Positions 62,771 through 64,000 of a DNA stretch of 64,000 bases are shown one piece after another (the first letter of the stretch is position 1; every line of letters starts with the position of its first letter). The notes under the pieces were generated by a model. That model was given only the letters and a program-made list of their open reading frames with translations, searched no databases and was not told the origin of the DNA. Both the position numbers and the translations under genes were made by a program. Source of the stretch: Squalus acanthias (lineage: Eukaryota); the NCBI GenBank assembly GCA_030390025.1, contig JASTWF010000034.1, positions 4,526,001 through 4,590,000 on the forward strand, read 5' to 3'.

Positions 62771-63546
62771 ATACCCCACGCCCCTCACTGTAACACTTTG
62801 TGATATATTCTATTTCCCTCGCTGTAACACACTGATATACCCGACACCCCTCAATGTAACACACTGATATAACCCCAGACCCCTGACTGTAACACTCTGT
62901 TATACACCACACCCCTCACTGTAACACTCTGATATGCCCAACACCGGTCATTGCATTACTCTGATGTACCCTACACCCGTAACTGTAGCACTCTGATGCA
63001 AACCCACTCCCCTGACTACAACACTCTGATATACCCCACACATGCCTTCGTGTAACACACCGATATAACCCACACCCCTTATGGTAACAGTCTGATATAC
63101 GCCGCTCCCCTCAATTTAACACTCTGATATACCTCACACACCTCATTAACACTCTGATATACCCCATAATTTAATCCTCTCTTACATATTTCAAACCTCT
63201 CACTGTAACAGACCGATATACCCCACTCACATCCCTTTAACACTCTGATATACCCCACACCATTCACTTAAATTCTCTTACATATTCCAAACCTCTCACT
63301 GCAACAGACCGATATACCCAACTCCCCTCCCTTTAACACTCTGATATACCCCACAACCCTTGCTGTAACAATTTGATGTACCCCACACCCATCACTGTAA
63401 TAATCTGATATACCCCACACCCATCACTGTAATAATCTGATATACCCCACACCCCTCACTATATCACTCTGATATAAACCACACCCCTCACTGTAACACT
63501 CTGATATACCCCACACTCATGATTATAACACTCTCTTACATACCCC
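62771..63546. repeat. ~32-bp satellite in opposite orientation to 1616-3003
   Basis: Units cacacccctcactgtaacactctgatataccc. Confidence 0.9.
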
Positions 63547-64000
63547 AAGGAAGGCAAATGGTATGCTGGCCTTCATTACAAGAGGATTTGAGTACAGGAG
63601 TAAACAGGTCTTAATCCCTTGATATCGGACCTTGGTGAGACCGCACCTGGAGTACTGTTAACAATTTTGGTTTCCTTACCTTATTAAATAAATATTTGCC
63701 ATAGAGGGAGTGCAACGAAGGTTCACGAGATTGATTCCTGGGAAGGCGGATCTGTCGTATGAGAACTGATTGAGTAAACTAGGCCTGTATTCTCTTGAAT
63801 TCAGAAGAATGAGTGGGGATTTCATTGAAGCATAAACAATTATTACAGGGCTTGATAGTTTGGATGCTGGGAGAATGTTTCCCTTGGCTGGGGAGTCTAG
63901 AACCAGGGGCCACAGCCTCATGATAAAGGGTAGGCCATTGAGGACTGAGATGAGAATCATAGAAACATAGAAGATAGGAGCAGGAGTAGGCCATTCGGCC
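63547..64000. mobile_element. CR1 fragment (+, 63547-63957) followed by the tail of a minus-strand CR1 running out of the window
   Basis: KANGMLAFI...LVRPHLEYC coding, then catagaaacatagaagataggagcaggagtaggcc. Confidence 0.85.

Overview
Repeat-dominated vertebrate genomic DNA. The repeat families resemble those I know from cartilaginous fishes (sharks); this is an inference, not a database result. No intact host protein-coding gene is evident. The window holds: many CR1/L2-group LINE fragments; a young tandem Penelope-like element (PLE) with an uninterrupted RT+GIY-YIG ORF, a 5' inversion and minimal hammerhead ribozymes; a nested complex (Harbinger-like relic containing a solo LTR and a second, inverted-pLTR PLE with a 13-bp TSD, which in turn contains a full-length Tx1-clade LINE); a CpG/YY1/NRF1 promoter upstream of a C2H2 zinc-finger pseudogene; a ~21-kb 24-bp satellite with higher-order structure; and 30/32-bp, ~60-bp and 67-bp satellites. 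The most interesting signal is the Tx1 element. It sits beside the PLE hammerhead, and the 52-bp PLE segment at its 5' end matches a different PLE subfamily from the one it is inserted in. This suggests a sequence-specific retrotransposon that parasitises Penelope pLTRs.
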